Shown here: in pieces, positions 1 through 10,719 of the stretch | How positions within the stretch are numbered: position 1 is the first letter of the stretch | Layout of the letters: every line of letters begins with the position of its first letter | Source of the DNA: an uncultured delta proteobacterium | GTDB taxonomy: Bacteria > Desulfobacterota > Binatia > UBA9968 | Assembly (NCBI GenBank): GCA_963840855.1 | Contig: CAWJBB010000065.1 | Span: 1-64,000, forward strand | Direction: 5' to 3' | Length of the DNA stretch: 64,000 bases | Notes under the pieces: generated by a model | Database searches by the model: none | Told to the model about the DNA's origin: nothing | What the model saw: the letters and a program-made list of their open reading frames with translations, nothing else | Made by a program: the position numbers and the translations under genes

Positions 1-22
1 GGGTATAGATCAACGAACCAGT

Positions 23-127
23 TCAATCTTGGAGGTAACAAAGCTCCGCCTGCAGCCGCTGAAGTTCTTTTTGATATTGCTTGAGCTTGAGCTTTGGCTT
101 CTCATCGCTGTTTGATTTTTTTGCCAT
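23..127 (-). pseudogene. ppk2: Polyphosphate kinase 2 N-terminal remnant
   Basis: Manual translation MAKKSNSDEKPKLKLKQYQKELQRLQAELCYLQD* matches the PPK2 N-terminal helix (..KxYxKELxxLQxELCxLQxW). It stops where the Trp codon is expected, at a GATTGAACTG junction motif. Confidence 0.7.
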
Positions 128-231
128 GGCATCGGCTCCGTCGTTAGGGTTCATTGTTGGCGCCTGCATCGCGCAGTGAGCAACCTGACATGTTCAATCA
201 AAGGCTATCCAGTTGAAGAGCCTATTCATAA

Positions 232-279
232 GTGTCTTAAATTGTATGCGTCAACACTTGATCTTACAGTCGTCGGATA
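232..279 (+). repeat. 48-bp direct repeat, copy 1 (copy 2 at 8804-8851)
   Basis: gtgtcttaaattgtatgcgtcaacacttgatcttacagtcgtcggata is identical in both places. Confidence 0.95.
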
Positions 280-332
280 CGACAGAAGGCGAAAGGTATT
301 CGTCGAGCGGAAAAACCAGATTTTTAGCCTGA

Positions 333-398
333 GATTGAACTGATCGACGCAACGGACAAACCTCACAGGATTTGTTGGACGGAGAATACAATTCAATC
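333..398. repeat. 66-bp segment bounded by inverted GATTGAA(C/T)TG motifs
   Basis: gattgaactg...caattcaatc; the first 25 bp recur with 2 mismatches at 5325-5349. Confidence 0.6.
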
Positions 399-504
399 CT
401 GGCATCGCCGCTTGGTTACTTGATCACCCGATCCGCAGCGCCCCCTCTTTCATACGCCGCCCGAGCCGGCCGAAGCAACATCGGGATTTTCATCAAACAG
501 AAAG

Positions 505-574
505 ACGATTGACATCCCACCGGTCCAGCGATATTGCTCAGGCCAGAAAAAAGGGTGGTTTAAAATTCCTATAC
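505..574 (+). mobile_element. Orphan IS91/ISCR-type oriIS end
   Basis: gtggtttaaaattcctatac (555-574) resembles the ISCR oriIS (GTGGTTTATACTTCCTATACCC in ISCR1); a 5'-truncated gene follows immediately. Confidence 0.7.
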
Positions 575-587
575 AGCTATCGGGCGG

Positions 588-935
588 GTGGGGGAGATGA
601 AGCCCGGCCGGGCGGCGCGGTTCGACACGTGGGCCAAGAGCCTTGGTGACTCGCATCCGGAGGCTACGGAGCAGGTGCTGGATGCGTTCTACCGGAACCT
701 GTACGGGCCTGGCTTCGTCTACAGCGTGGATCGGGCGTTCGTGTCGAGTGTTCGGACGCCGTGTCTGGTCGTGGCGGGGAATGATGAGGCGCATCCGTTT
801 CCGATTTCCGAGGAGGTGGCGAAGCTGCTGCCGAACGCGGAGTTCGTCAAGGAGTGGAAGACGGGGGAGCCGCTGGTGGCGGCGAAGGTCCGGGTGAAGG
901 AGTTCTTGGCGAAGCATACGCCGCGCAGTGGCTAG
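588..935 (+). pseudogene. Alpha/beta-hydrolase C-terminal fragment
   Basis: PCLVVAGNDEAHP..SEEVAKLLPNAEF is a hydrolase C-terminal pattern; the N-terminal half is missing and the ORF abuts oriIS. Confidence 0.6.
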
Positions 936-1403
936 TCTTCGGTCGGCGATAATGTCGGTGGCGGCGACGGCGAGCCCGATGCCGAGCGGCTCGACCGCCG
1001 CCCTCGACAGCCGTCCTCGGCTAGGTGAGGGGACGGTCAAAAACGTCTGAGCAGAGGTGCCTCGCAAATCACGGTCTGTAAGCGCATATGGATTTCTCCC
1101 CTGGGGCTGGTCAAAAACCAATAAATTCCAGCAGCAAGTTACTTCCATACGAGCTCAGCTTCAGCGCCTCGACGGTCGACTCACGACGCACGCCGAGGAC
1201 GAGGTCCGAGAAGTCGCCCATGAAGATCGTGCTCGACAAGTTGTCGTCCGAAGAGCGTCAACCGTCCCGATCGCCCAGGCTTATCACCGCTTCCTTACCG
1301 ACTACTGGCCGGGCCTTTGTGTTGTCTATCGCCATCGCGTATCCTCTCCGCGCGATTCGGGGGGAGTCGGGACTGATGAGGCCGCGAGGGAAAGGAGAGG
1401 GCA

Positions 1404-4166
1404 ATGGACCCCGAGAATCGTAGGCTGGACGAGGCTCGCAGCGGCACCGCGCCGTGGCGGAAGTGGGGGCCGTATCTCTCCGAGCGTCAGTGGGGCACGG
1501 TGCGCGAGGACTACAGCGAGTCGGGCGATGCGTGGAACTACTTCAGCCACGATCACGCCCGCTCGCGGGCCTACCGCTGGGGCGAGGACGGGCTGGCGGG
1601 GATCTCCGACGACCAGCAGCTCCTCTGCTTCGCGCTGGCCCTGTGGAACGGCAACGATCCCATCCTCAAGGAGCGCCTCTTCGGCCTGACGAACAGCGAG
1701 GGGAACCACGGCGAGGACGTCAAGGAGTACTACTTCTATCTCGACTCGACGCCGACCCACTCCTACATGAAGTACCTCTACAAGTACCCCCAGTCGGCGT
1801 ATCCGTACGACAAACTGGTCGAGACCAACCGTCGCCGGAGCCGGCAGGAGTTTGAGTACGAGCTGATCGATACGGGTGTGTTCGATGGCGATCGCTACTT
1901 CGACGTGTTCGTCGAATACGCCAAGGCGGCCCCGGAAGACATCCTCGTGGAGATCACCGTGTGCAACCGCGGCCCGGAGCCGGCGACGCTGCACGTCTTG
2001 CCCGCGGTCTGGTTTCGCAACGTGTGGTCGTGGGCGGGGCGGACTCCCCACCCGCGGCTCCACCAGGTCACGGCGGGGGCGGCCGGCAGCGTGATCGCGG
2101 TGTCGCACCCGGATCTCGGTGAGCGGTTCCTCTACGCCGACGGCGCGGCCGAGCTACTCTTCACCGAGAACGAGACCAACACCCAGCGGATCGTCCAAGT
2201 CCCCAACCGGACGCCCTTCGTCAAGGACGGGATCAACGACTACATCGTCCACGGCCGACGGAACGCGGTGAACCCGGACCGGCAGGGGACGAAGGCGTCT
2301 GCCCACTCCTCGCTCACCGTCGGGGCCCGGGAGTCCCGGACCCTGCGCCTGCGGCTGAGCGATGTGTCGCCTACCACGTGGCCGACGAAAGGCGAGGCCA
2401 GCGGTGCCTTCGGGGGCTTCGACGAGCTGATGGAGGCGCGCCGGCGGGAGGCCGACGAGTTCTACGCCTCGGTCATCCCGGCATCGCTGGGTGCCGACGG
2501 GGCCAACGTGATGCGCCAGGCGATCGCCGGCATGCTGTGGTCCAAGCAGTTCTACTACTACGATGTCGACAAGTGGCTCACGGAGCACGGCGCCGACCCC
2601 TTCAACCCCAGGCGGCGCGCCCCCCGCAACGATCACTGGCACCACATGCACAACGCGGACATCATCTCCATGCCCGACAAGTGGGAATACCCCTGGTACG
2701 CGGCCTGGGACCTGGCCTTCCACGTCCTTGCGCTGAGCCTGGCCGACGTGGATTTCGCCAAGCACCAACTGGACCTGATGCTCAGGGATCAGTACCTCCA
2801 CCCGAGCGGGCAGCTGCCCGCCTACGAGTGGAACTTCGGCGACGTGAATCCCCCGGTGCATGCCTGGGCCACGATCTTCACCTACCGCCTCGAAACGGCC
2901 CGCCGCGGCGAGGGCGACCTCGACTGGCTCGAGCGGTCCTTTCACAAGCTGGCGCTCAACTTCACCTGGTGGGTGAACCGCAAGGACCGAGTCGGCAACA
3001 ACGCCTTCGAGGGTGGGTTCCTGGGGCTGGACAACATCGGCGTCTTCGATCGCAGCGCCCCGCTGCCGACCGGCGGGTACCTGGAACAGGCCGACGGCAC
3101 CGCCTGGATGGCCCTCTTCTGCCAGAACATGATGGAGATCACCGTCGAGCTGGCGATGCACCGCCCGGGCTACGCGGAGATGGCTCTCAAGTTCGTCCAG
3201 CACTACCTGTGGATCGCCTCGGCGATGATGCGCGCCGGCGAGGGCACCGGGATGTGGGATGAGGCGGACGGTTTCTTTTACGACGTCCTCCGGCTGCCGG
3301 ACGGCAGCGCCCAGCGGCTCAAGGTGCGCTCCATGGTCGGGCTGCTCCCGCTGTGCGCGGCGGACGAGTTCGATGGGCGACTCCTGGAAAAGTACCCGGA
3401 GATCCGACAGCGCTTTCGCACCTTCCTCGAGGCGCGGCCGGAGCTCAATGCCTTCATCCATGATCCGGGCAAGCTCGGGCATGGGGGCCGGCGGCTCGCC
3501 TCGATACTGGACGAGACCAGGCTCCGGCGCGTGCTGGCCGTCATGCTCGACGAGAAGGAGTTCCTGAGCCCGTATGGTATCCGCGCCCTCTCCCGCGTCC
3601 ATGCTGAGCATCCGTATGTGTTCCACGTGGGGAACCAGGAGTACCGGGTGTCCTACCTGCCGGCGGAATCTGACAGCGGCATGTTCGGCGGGAACTCCAA
3701 CTGGCGGGGGCCGATCTGGATGCCCGTCAACGGGCTGATCATTCGCGCGTTGCTGCAGTATTTCGCGTACTACGGCAAGGAGTTCACCGTGGAATGTCCC
3801 ACGGGCTCAGGGCGGTACCTGACTCTGTACGAGGTCGCCGAGGAAATCACGCGCCGGCTGGCTAGCATCTTCCTGAGAGACCAGCGTGGCCGGCGGCCGG
3901 TCTACGGAGAAACCCGGAAGTTTCAGGAGGACCCGCACTGGCGGGACCTCCTCCTGTTCTACGAGTACTTCCACGGCGACAACGGGGCCGGCCTCGGCGC
4001 AAGCCATCAGACAGGCTGGACCGGCATCATCGCCCGGGCCATGCACCTGTTCGCGACCACCACGCCCCAGCAACTTCTCGATCTCGGCAAGATGGCCGGG
4101 GTCACGGAGGTCGCGTCGCCGCCCAGTAGCCAGCCCGGAGGCGCGGCTCGTCGCCGGGGAAACTGA
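1404..4166 (+). CDS. MGH1-like glycoside hydrolase (GH63 family glucosidase)
   Basis: 920 aa with [48 protein letters not shown] and [20 protein letters not shown]; RBS aaggag. Confidence 0.93.
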   Translation: MDPENRRLDEARSGTAPWRKWGPYLSERQWGTVREDYSESGDAWNYFSHDHARSRAYRWGEDGLAGISDDQQLLCFALALWNGNDPILKERLFGLTNSEGNHGEDVKEYYFYLDSTPTHSYMKYLYKYPQSAYPYDKLVETNRRRSRQEFEYELIDTGVFDGDRYFDVFVEYAKAAPEDILVEITVCNRGPEPATLHVLPAVWFRNVWSWAGRTPHPRLHQVTAGAAGSVIAVSHPDLGERFLYADGAAELLFTENETNTQRIVQVPNRTPFVKDGINDYIVHGRRNAVNPDRQGTKASAHSSLTVGARESRTLRLRLSDVSPTTWPTKGEASGAFGGFDELMEARRREADEFYASVIPASLGADGANVMRQAIAGMLWSKQFYYYDVDKWLTEHGADPFNPRRRAPRNDHWHHMHNADIISMPDKWEYPWYAAWDLAFHVLALSLADVDFAKHQLDLMLRDQYLHPSGQLPAYEWNFGDVNPPVHAWATIFTYRLETARRGEGDLDWLERSFHKLALNFTWWVNRKDRVGNNAFEGGFLGLDNIGVFDRSAPLPTGGYLEQADGTAWMALFCQNMMEITVELAMHRPGYAEMALKFVQHYLWIASAMMRAGEGTGMWDEADGFFYDVLRLPDGSAQRLKVRSMVGLLPLCAADEFDGRLLEKYPEIRQRFRTFLEARPELNAFIHDPGKLGHGGRRLASILDETRLRRVLAVMLDEKEFLSPYGIRALSRVHAEHPYVFHVGNQEYRVSYLPAESDSGMFGGNSNWRGPIWMPVNGLIIRALLQYFAYYGKEFTVECPTGSGRYLTLYEVAEEITRRLASIFLRDQRGRRPVYGETRKFQEDPHWRDLLLFYEYFHGDNGAGLGASHQTGWTGIIARAMHLFATTTPQQLLDLGKMAGVTEVASPPSSQPGGAARRRGN

Positions 4167-4167
4167 C

Positions 4168-4524
4168 ATGCGTGCCCTGCCGCGCTATCCCTCGCTCTAC
4201 CAGATCGGGGGCGAAGGTCGTGCTGGTGATGGGGCACACCGCGTGCGGCGCGATCAAGGGCGCGATCGACAAGGTGCAACTGGGAAACTGACCGGGCTGC
4301 TCGCCAAGATTCGCCCGGCTGTGGAGGCAGCCCGGTATCAGGGCGAACGCTCGGCGAAGAACGATGATTTCGTGGACACGCTGGCGCGCAACAATGTCGA
4401 GTTGACGATGGTCGACATCCGGCGGCGCAGCGCCGTCCTGGCCGACCTGGAAACGTCGGGTGCGATCAAGATTGTCGGAGCCATGTACAACCTGGAAACG
4501 GGGCTGGTCGAATTCTTCGGGTGA
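4168..4524 (+). pseudogene. Chimeric remnant: alpha-amylase-family N-terminus joined to a frameshifted beta-carbonic anhydrase C-terminal half
   Basis: MRALPRYPSLYQI, then in another frame GAKVVLVMGHTACGAIKGAID..., then LTGLLAKIRPAV...IVGAMYNLETGLVEFFG* (beta-CA HxxC motif); frameshift near 4287. Confidence 0.7.
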
Positions 4525-4584
4525 CGCGGCACAACGGGGCGATGGTCGAGTGAGATCCGGATGACGTCGGCGGTGAGCCCGAAC

Positions 4585-5310
4585 CCGCTGCGCATTCTGT
4601 TCGCCGCCCAGCCGCAGCTGCTCGCGCCGCTATTGCAGGTGATCCACCGGATCATTGCCAGCTTTCTAATCAAGCAGGTGGGACTGAAACGGACCGCCGC
4701 CAACACCGGAGCGGTCACACTGATCCAACGCTTCGGCTCAGCCGCCAATTTGAATATTCATCTGCACTGCCTGGTGCTCGACGGCGTCTATCAGAACAGC
4801 ACCGCAGTCTTCCATGAGGTGGCGGCCCCCACCCTCGAGGAGCTGCAGGCCTTACTTGCAAAGATCATCACACGCATCATGCGGTGGTTGACCAAGCAAG
4901 GTTTTCTCATCGAAGAGCAAGACCGGACCTACCTCGCCGAAGCGGATAGGGAAAGCGCGCTTTTGCCCCTGCAAGCGGCCTCCTGCACCTACCGCATCGC
5001 GCTCGGGCCACGAGCGGGGCAGAAGGTGCTGAGCCTGCAAAGCTTGGCGAGCCCAGACAAATCATCCACGCCGGACCTATGCGCCAAACTCCACGGCTTT
5101 AGCCTCCATACGGCGGTGCGCTGGGGCGCCGATCAGCGCAAGGAACTGGAGCACCTGTGCCCGCTATATCACCCGCCCGGCGATCGCCAACGAACGGCTC
5201 AAGCGTAACCGCGCCAGGCGCGCCTGAGTTGGGCCAGGCTGCTCAAACGGGTCTTCGACATCGACATCGAACACTGCCCAAACTGCGGCGGCAGCTTGAA
5301 CATAGCACGT
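4585..5310 (+). mobile_element. IS91/ISCR-family (Y2 HUH) transposase remnant
   Basis: GAVTLIQRFGSAANLNIHLHCLVLDGVY (HUH), GFSLH, out-of-frame RYITRPAIANERL and WARLLKRVFDIDIEHCPNCGG; 5'-truncated, internally deleted and frameshifted. Confidence 0.88.
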
Positions 5311-5459
5311 TCGCATAACCGCAGGATTGATCTGAACGACGCAACGGACGAATTTTGAAAGATCGAGTCGTCGGAGACTCGGTCAACTGTGCCGCTTCTC
5401 AGGCTCAGGCCACGCGCGGGCGGCGACTTCACTTGGTGCGGAGGTGCGTACCGAAGAAT

Positions 5460-5657
5460 TTAAGCACAGGCTCCCATGATTGAACCCTCTGGGTAGGCGT
5501 GAAAGCCATGTTCGGCTCCGGGAATAAGCAGGAGTTCAATCTCCTGGTTTGCCTTGCGCATCGCCTCCTGCATTCTTACGCTTTGCTCTGTCGGCACTCG
5601 TGTATCACGATCACCGTGGACGAGAACAACACGTGCGTTAATACTACTCGCAACCAT
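5460..5657 (-). pseudogene. Prolyl-oligopeptidase/S9-type hydrolase C-terminal fragment
   Basis: VLVHGDRDTRVPTEQS...IPGAEHGF (catalytic Asp/His region) without the N-terminal part. Confidence 0.65.
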
Positions 5658-5804
5658 CTATCGGCGACCGATAATGGACCGTGATATTTTCATTCATCAG
5701 AGTTGCAAGTTGACTTGTTGCGTGCCAATCGATTATGTAGGTTGCAGTGTGGCGGGGTTGCACCGTGTCTCTAATTCATCATGTGGAAAGGAGGTGAAAT
5801 CAGA

Positions 5805-6086
5805 ATGAATCTAAAAAAGAAAGTCGCGGCGATTCTCTTGGCGCTCGCCCTGGCTCCGGCCTATGTGGTGGCTCAGGATATGGAATTCAACGCCATTGTC
5901 GTCAGCAAAGAAAAGAATTCCATCAAGGTCAAGACCAAAGACGGCGAAAAGACGGTTCTCATCGGCAAGGTGACTAAGGGGGTTGACAACGCGAAAGAAG
6001 GCTCCAAGGTTACCATCAAGTACATGGAAAAGGCCGGTCAAATTAGAGCTAGTGAAATTAGAGCTAGTGAAATCAATCCGCGTTAA
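5805..6086 (+). CDS. Small exported beta-rich protein
   Basis: Strong RBS aaggaggtga, signal peptide MNLKKKVAAILLALALAPAYVVA, 15-bp tandem duplication near the 3' end (IRASEIRASE). Confidence 0.8.
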   Translation: MNLKKKVAAILLALALAPAYVVAQDMEFNAIVVSKEKNSIKVKTKDGEKTVLIGKVTKGVDNAKEGSKVTIKYMEKAGQIRASEIRASEINPR

Positions 6087-6104
6087 TTATACGACTTTGG
6101 ACGT

Positions 6105-6138
6105 AAAAAAGCGGGGTCTATTGAACCCCGCTTTTTTT
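6105..6138. terminator. Rho-independent (probably bidirectional) terminator
   Basis: aaaaaagcgggg-tctattgaa-ccccgcttttttt. Confidence 0.85.
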
Positions 6139-6230
6139 CGCCGACAGTCACTTTCCTCTCATTTGTGGTTTATGGACGACTCAGCCCTGCCGCTCATAAC
6201 AAACAAAATCGCGCAGCGCGAATCGCCAGG

Positions 6231-7766
6231 ATGAATACGCATCTGCAACCATACCGCCGGGCTATTTGCTCAACCAGCGCTCGGCTGGCCCTCGCGGCCC
6301 TTGTGTGCACCTTGTATGTCGGCCCAGTTCATGCCGCAGACGCAGTCAAATCCTCAGAGAAGCCGCAGTCGGGAAAACTCACCATCGACGCGAAAGAGAT
6401 ACAAAAACCGTGGACTGGCGATCTCGACGGCATGCTGAAACGGCGGGTCATTCGGGTACTGACGGTATATGGCAAGGCCTTTTACTTTACATACAAATTC
6501 AAGAAGCACGGCATAATTTACGAAGCGTTTCACCTGTTCGAGCAGGATCTGAACAAGAAACTGGCGGCCGCAAAGACGAAGAAGGAGAAACATCTCAAGG
6601 TTCAAGTGGTTTTTGTCCCGGTCGGCAGGGACGAACTGCTGCCGGCGCTGGTTGCCGGCAAGGGCGATGTTGCGGCGTCTAACATTACTATTACTCCTGA
6701 ACGACAAAAGCTGGTGGACTTTGCCTCGCCAACGTATCCCAATGTCAGCGAGGTCGTCCTGTCCGGCCCCGCCTCGCCTGATGTGTCCAGCATTGACGAC
6801 TTAGCGGGGAAGGAGGTCTTCGTCCGCAAGTCCACCAGCTATTACGAGAGCCTCGTCGCGCTCAATCAGCGCTTTGCCGCGCAGAAGCGGCCCCCGGTGA
6901 ACATCAAGTTAGCGCCGGAGGAGCTGGAGGACGACGATCTGGTCGAGATGCTGAACGCCGGACTGGTCCCGCTCATCGTCATGGACAAGCACAAAGCGGA
7001 CTTCTGGAAGCAGGTCTTTTCCAAGGTAACGGTCCATGACGGGATCGCGTTACGCACGGGCAGCGATATTGCCTGGGCGATCCGGAAGGGGAGTCCACAG
7101 ATCAAGGCCGCTGTTGACGATTTCGTCGCTCGTCACCGCAAAGGGACCACAGTGGGAAACATCCTGCTGGTGCGTTATCTGAAAAACGCAAAATATGTCA
7201 AGGACGCTGCATCCGAGTCCGAGCGCAAGAAATTTCTCGACCTGGTTCAGTATTTTAAGGAGTACGGCGACAAGTACCATGTTGACTGGTTGCTGATGGC
7301 CGCTCAGGGATATCAGGAATCTCGGCTTGATCAGAACGTTCGAAGCCCGGCAGGGGCCATCGGCGTGATGCAGATCATGCCCGCCACGGGTAAGAAACTC
7401 AACGTGGGCGACATCACCAAAACCCAGCCGAACATCGAAGCTGGCGTCAAGTACATGCGTTTGATGATAGACAAGTACTACGCCGGCGAACCGATGACCG
7501 GGCTGGACAAAGTCCTGTTCACGTTCGCGTCCTACAATGCCGGCCCGGGCCGAATTGCGCAGCTGCGCAAGAAAGCCGTCAACCGCGGACTGGATCCAAA
7601 CATCTGGTTCGACCACGTCGAGTACATCGCCGCCGACGAAATCGGTGCGGAGACGGTGACTTATGTCAGCAACATCTACAAGTACTACATCGCCTACCAG
7701 CTGATCATGGAAGCCCAGACGGCGAGAGAAAAGGCCGCCGAGAAGATCAAGAGCCAGAGCAAATAA
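6231..7766 (+). CDS. MltF-like lytic transglycosylase with N-terminal SBP_bac_3 domain
   Basis: WTGDLDGMLKRRVIRVL, SLT motifs AAQGYQESRLDQ, GAIGVMQIMP, FASYNAGPG, ETVTYV; start chosen at ATG 6231. Confidence 0.88.
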   Translation: MNTHLQPYRRAICSTSARLALAALVCTLYVGPVHAADAVKSSEKPQSGKLTIDAKEIQKPWTGDLDGMLKRRVIRVLTVYGKAFYFTYKFKKHGIIYEAFHLFEQDLNKKLAAAKTKKEKHLKVQVVFVPVGRDELLPALVAGKGDVAASNITITPERQKLVDFASPTYPNVSEVVLSGPASPDVSSIDDLAGKEVFVRKSTSYYESLVALNQRFAAQKRPPVNIKLAPEELEDDDLVEMLNAGLVPLIVMDKHKADFWKQVFSKVTVHDGIALRTGSDIAWAIRKGSPQIKAAVDDFVARHRKGTTVGNILLVRYLKNAKYVKDAASESERKKFLDLVQYFKEYGDKYHVDWLLMAAQGYQESRLDQNVRSPAGAIGVMQIMPATGKKLNVGDITKTQPNIEAGVKYMRLMIDKYYAGEPMTGLDKVLFTFASYNAGPGRIAQLRKKAVNRGLDPNIWFDHVEYIAADEIGAETVTYVSNIYKYYIAYQLIMEAQTAREKAAEKIKSQSK

Positions 7767-7783
7767 GACGGAGGCTGGCTCAC
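7767..7783 (+). repeat. 17-bp direct repeat (copy 2 at 8787-8803)
   Basis: gacggaggctggctcac is identical in both places; copy 2 abuts the 48-bp repeat. Confidence 0.85.
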
Positions 7784-8120
7784 ATAGGACGAGCTGCGAA
7801 TGCATCGCTGAGTGAATATCAGATGTCCCCATTCGCCCCTGCCCCTCGATATACGCTGGCGAGATGGCGAGACGAACACTTTATCGGCAGTTAAGTTCTC
7901 GAACGGAAAATGAATCCTGCTACGTGGAAAGAAACGAAATGGCGGGATTGAAAGACAAGAGCGCACCTCAAAGCGACAGGGCGAGGACGGACACTCGTAA
8001 TCGAATGACAAGAGCAGAGGATTTCCAATCCGCCATGGTACTGGAACCATGTATTACCAACTGTCACCAACTGAATGAATTCAACCGTTTAATCTCTCTG
8101 CGCTCTCCCTCCATTTACCG

Positions 8121-8245
8121 TTCTAAACACATAGTGCCAAATGGTTCTGGCAAAGCAGTGGCAAAGCAGCTAGAGGCCCGCTTGCTTTTTCTTCGACAAT
8201 CGAAGGTGTATGTTCTGCCCAGGTTCAGGCACAAAACAAGCACAG
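8121..8245 (+). repeat. Duplicated upstream/regulatory block, copy 1
   Basis: 8173-8245 matches 10624-10696 (73 bp, 3 mismatches); 8121-8166 resembles 10188-10232. Confidence 0.85.
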
Positions 8246-8334
8246 TCGTGCGGAAGGCGTGGGGGAGAAATGAATAAGCGGAATGCTCGTGGACGAATTT
8301 CGGTAAAAGAAGCGGCGATGAAAGGGGAAAAGCC

Positions 8335-8757
8335 ATGTTAGCGAACAAAGGTTTTAGAGGATTTGTGCTGCCGGCGTGGATTTTCACGCTGACCCTTTTC
8401 GGCTGTATCGTCGCGGCGGTGCCCCTGATTATCTATGCCACCCGAGGATCAAGCACCAGTACCGCGACGGTCTTGATTAACCGGGACGCGACGACGGTTT
8501 ATGCTGAGGCGATGAAGACCGTAAAGCAGCGGGGCTTTGCGCAGATTGCAAAGCAGGATGACGCAAAGTACTTTCTGGAAGGAACCAGAAAGGGGAAGAA
8601 CGCGACTCTGCAAGTCATTCCCGTTGAGAGCGATCAAAGCCGCATCATCATTACCATCGAAAACGACAAGGACGCCACAGGTGTAAACGAAGCGGTAGAA
8701 GGACTCCAGCAAACCTGCCGTCAATTGGGTCTTCGGTGCGAAGAACAAAAGACCTGA
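8335..8757 (+). CDS. Hypothetical lipoprotein (DUF3568-like)
   Basis: Lipobox-like LFGC followed by a hydrophobic stretch; 140 aa. Confidence 0.7.
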   Translation: MLANKGFRGFVLPAWIFTLTLFGCIVAAVPLIIYATRGSSTSTATVLINRDATTVYAEAMKTVKQRGFAQIAKQDDAKYFLEGTRKGKNATLQVIPVESDQSRIIITIENDKDATGVNEAVEGLQQTCRQLGLRCEEQKT

Positions 8758-8803
8758 GGGTCAATCTGATCGGCAGCCATTCACACGACGGAGGCTGGCT
8801 CAC

Positions 8804-8851
8804 GTGTCTTAAATTGTATGCGTCAACACTTGATCTTACAGTCGTCGGATA
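8804..8851 (+). repeat. 48-bp direct repeat, copy 2
   Basis: Identical to 232-279. Confidence 0.95.
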
Positions 8852-9024
8852 AATCCTCTTTGACAGTCCTAATCTTGGTCTGGCTCAGTTGTCTTGATGC
8901 AGAAGGCTCGCATTAAAACGTTGGCCTTATCGCGTTCCCAGCTTCTGAAGGGCCTGAGTCGACTTTGTTGTTAGACTCACCCCTTATGGCTGCTGACCCT
9001 TTGCGCTGTGCGGTGGAGGCGCCA

Positions 9025-10140
9025 TCACTTGACCGGGATCGTCAGGAGCGGTGCGCCCTGCGCCCCTCGTGTCGCCTCGGCGAGACGGGTCATGAAGAGC
9101 ATCTGGATCTGCAGGAACGCCCGTTTACTTGCTAGATCCGTGTCGTCCACATAGTACCACCAGCCGCGATGCTGCACGGCCACGTTGGCCTGCCTCGGCG
9201 CGCTGCTGCTCGAATGGATGCGCACGATTGGGCCGAGGGTCCCCGAAGCTTCCGGAGGGACCGAGCGTACCTGCACGAGGCCCTCCTTGACATGCACGCC
9301 AGGCACCTCGATCGACGCCGCCACGCTCTGCAGGATCTCCGCGACCGAGCGAGTCTGCACGGCCAAACCGTCGAATTTTCCGTCCCGGACGCCCAGGACC
9401 AATGGGATTCGGATCGTGCTCTCCTGCGCCGGGTTGCCATGCAACTCCAGAAGACGCAGGAGCTCCTCCACCTCGGCGATATGGCCCGGCGCATAGTGCG
9501 AGAGGATCAGCTCGTAGCGTCCGGGCGCGCCGCTCTCCTGCACCCACAGCGCCATCCCGAGCTCGCGGAACTGCGCCAGGAGCGTTGCCACTCGATGAAA
9601 GGCGGTCCGCTCCTCTACCGTCGCGCCTACACCCAAGCGCAGTCCATTCATGCGTTCGACCAAAGTCAGGAGCACCATGAGCGCGCCCTCGCCAGCGGCT
9701 CCCTGCATCGCCAACGCCAGCGTCTCCAGCGTGACGGGCGCGAGCCATTCGCGCAGGAACGCCTGCGCGTCGACGGGCGCGTAGGAGATCAAGGGGCTGT
9801 CCTCGTAGCTGACCCCCGCCGAGAACGGAACCAGGGCCCCCGCGTAACTCGCGGGCGACCCGAAACCCGCCTCGCCTTTAGCTTGGGTGCTGAACTTAAG
9901 GCCCGCGGTGACGCTCGAGACAGCGAGCAGACCAATGGGATCCGAGTACCGGAGCCGCACGATGAGGCCAAGCGTCTGCTCAGAACTCGTCCGTGCGATG
10001 ACGTCGTTATAGGCGCCGCGGCCCGCGCCCAAGGCCGCCGGGCCCAGGATCTGGCAGCCCGTAAGTGGGAGCCACGCGCATAGGACGACGATCGCTCGTA
10101 ACTGAAGCACACGTGTAAGAACGGCCACAAAATCGTCCAT
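9025..10140 (-). CDS. Conserved hypothetical lipoprotein
   Basis: Lipobox LTGC; motifs IVRLRYSDP, WWYYVDDTDLASK and C-terminal PLLTIPV; start uncertain (10140 chosen). Confidence 0.75.
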   Translation of the reverse strand: MDDFVAVLTRVLQLRAIVVLCAWLPLTGCQILGPAALGAGRGAYNDVIARTSSEQTLGLIVRLRYSDPIGLLAVSSVTAGLKFSTQAKGEAGFGSPASYAGALVPFSAGVSYEDSPLISYAPVDAQAFLREWLAPVTLETLALAMQGAAGEGALMVLLTLVERMNGLRLGVGATVEERTAFHRVATLLAQFRELGMALWVQESGAPGRYELILSHYAPGHIAEVEELLRLLELHGNPAQESTIRIPLVLGVRDGKFDGLAVQTRSVAEILQSVAASIEVPGVHVKEGLVQVRSVPPEASGTLGPIVRIHSSSSAPRQANVAVQHRGWWYYVDDTDLASKRAFLQIQMLFMTRLAEATRGAQGAPLLTIPVK

Positions 10141-10320
10141 GATCATCTCAACTCGTTTGCTGGTTGCGCTGCGAGTCAATTTACTGATTCGAACACATAA
10201 TAACAAATAGTTCTGGCAAAGTTGTGGCAAAGTCACGGCACAAAAAGGTACAAATCACCATGGCCGGTGACAATTTGCATTTGGTTTAGAATTTTCCCTA
10301 GCTGCGACCAGCAGTTCAAC

Positions 10321-10570
10321 TCTAAAGTCCTCCGCCCCACGGAATTGCCATACGACCCCCACCAAGTCGAAGTCGGTGCCGGTCTTCGTATAAACACCCG
10401 TGCTGCCGTAGAGTTTGACCGAGTTGTACCGGTTAATGGGCAGAATCAAGGTAAGGCCCACGCGGGCGTTCGCGCGGGTTTCGCCCTTTTTCCCGTCGAT
10501 GGTGGGGCGCCCGCCGGTATAGTAGAGACCATCGAGCCCCAACCATAGCCCTGTCGTAAAGCTGTAAGAG
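10321..10570 (-). pseudogene. Phenol_MetA_deg-like outer-membrane 'transporter' C-terminal fragment
   Basis: GLWLGLDGLYYTGG...NARVGLTLILPINRYNSVKLYGSTGV..TGTDFD; the expected WQxRWGGGL* end is frameshifted. Confidence 0.7.
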
Positions 10571-10719
10571 TCAAGTCCAGAGGGGACCAAAACGGAACAT
10601 TAACAAGAACGCCCAACCATTTCGAGGCCCGCTTGCTTTTTCTTCGACAATGGAAGGTGTATCTTCTGCCCATGTTCAGGCACAAAACAAGCACAGCCGA
10701 GAAATTCGGAGGCAGAACG

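Noticed and set aside
936-1400. ORFs 450-1148, 1057-1689 and 1088-1423
   Set aside because: They cross junctions and lack recognisable motifs; possibly unidentifiable gene scraps.
2154-3626. 490-aa minus-strand ORF (and similar overlaps in 1326-3567)
   Set aside because: Shadow frames of the GC-rich GH63 gene.
5309-5336. Complete dif/pdif site
   Set aside because: Only a XerC-like arm; the XerD arm (TTATGTTAAAT) is absent.
7864-8277. 137-aa ORF and the N-terminal extension of 10633
   Set aside because: They run through the duplicated non-coding block; no coding signature.
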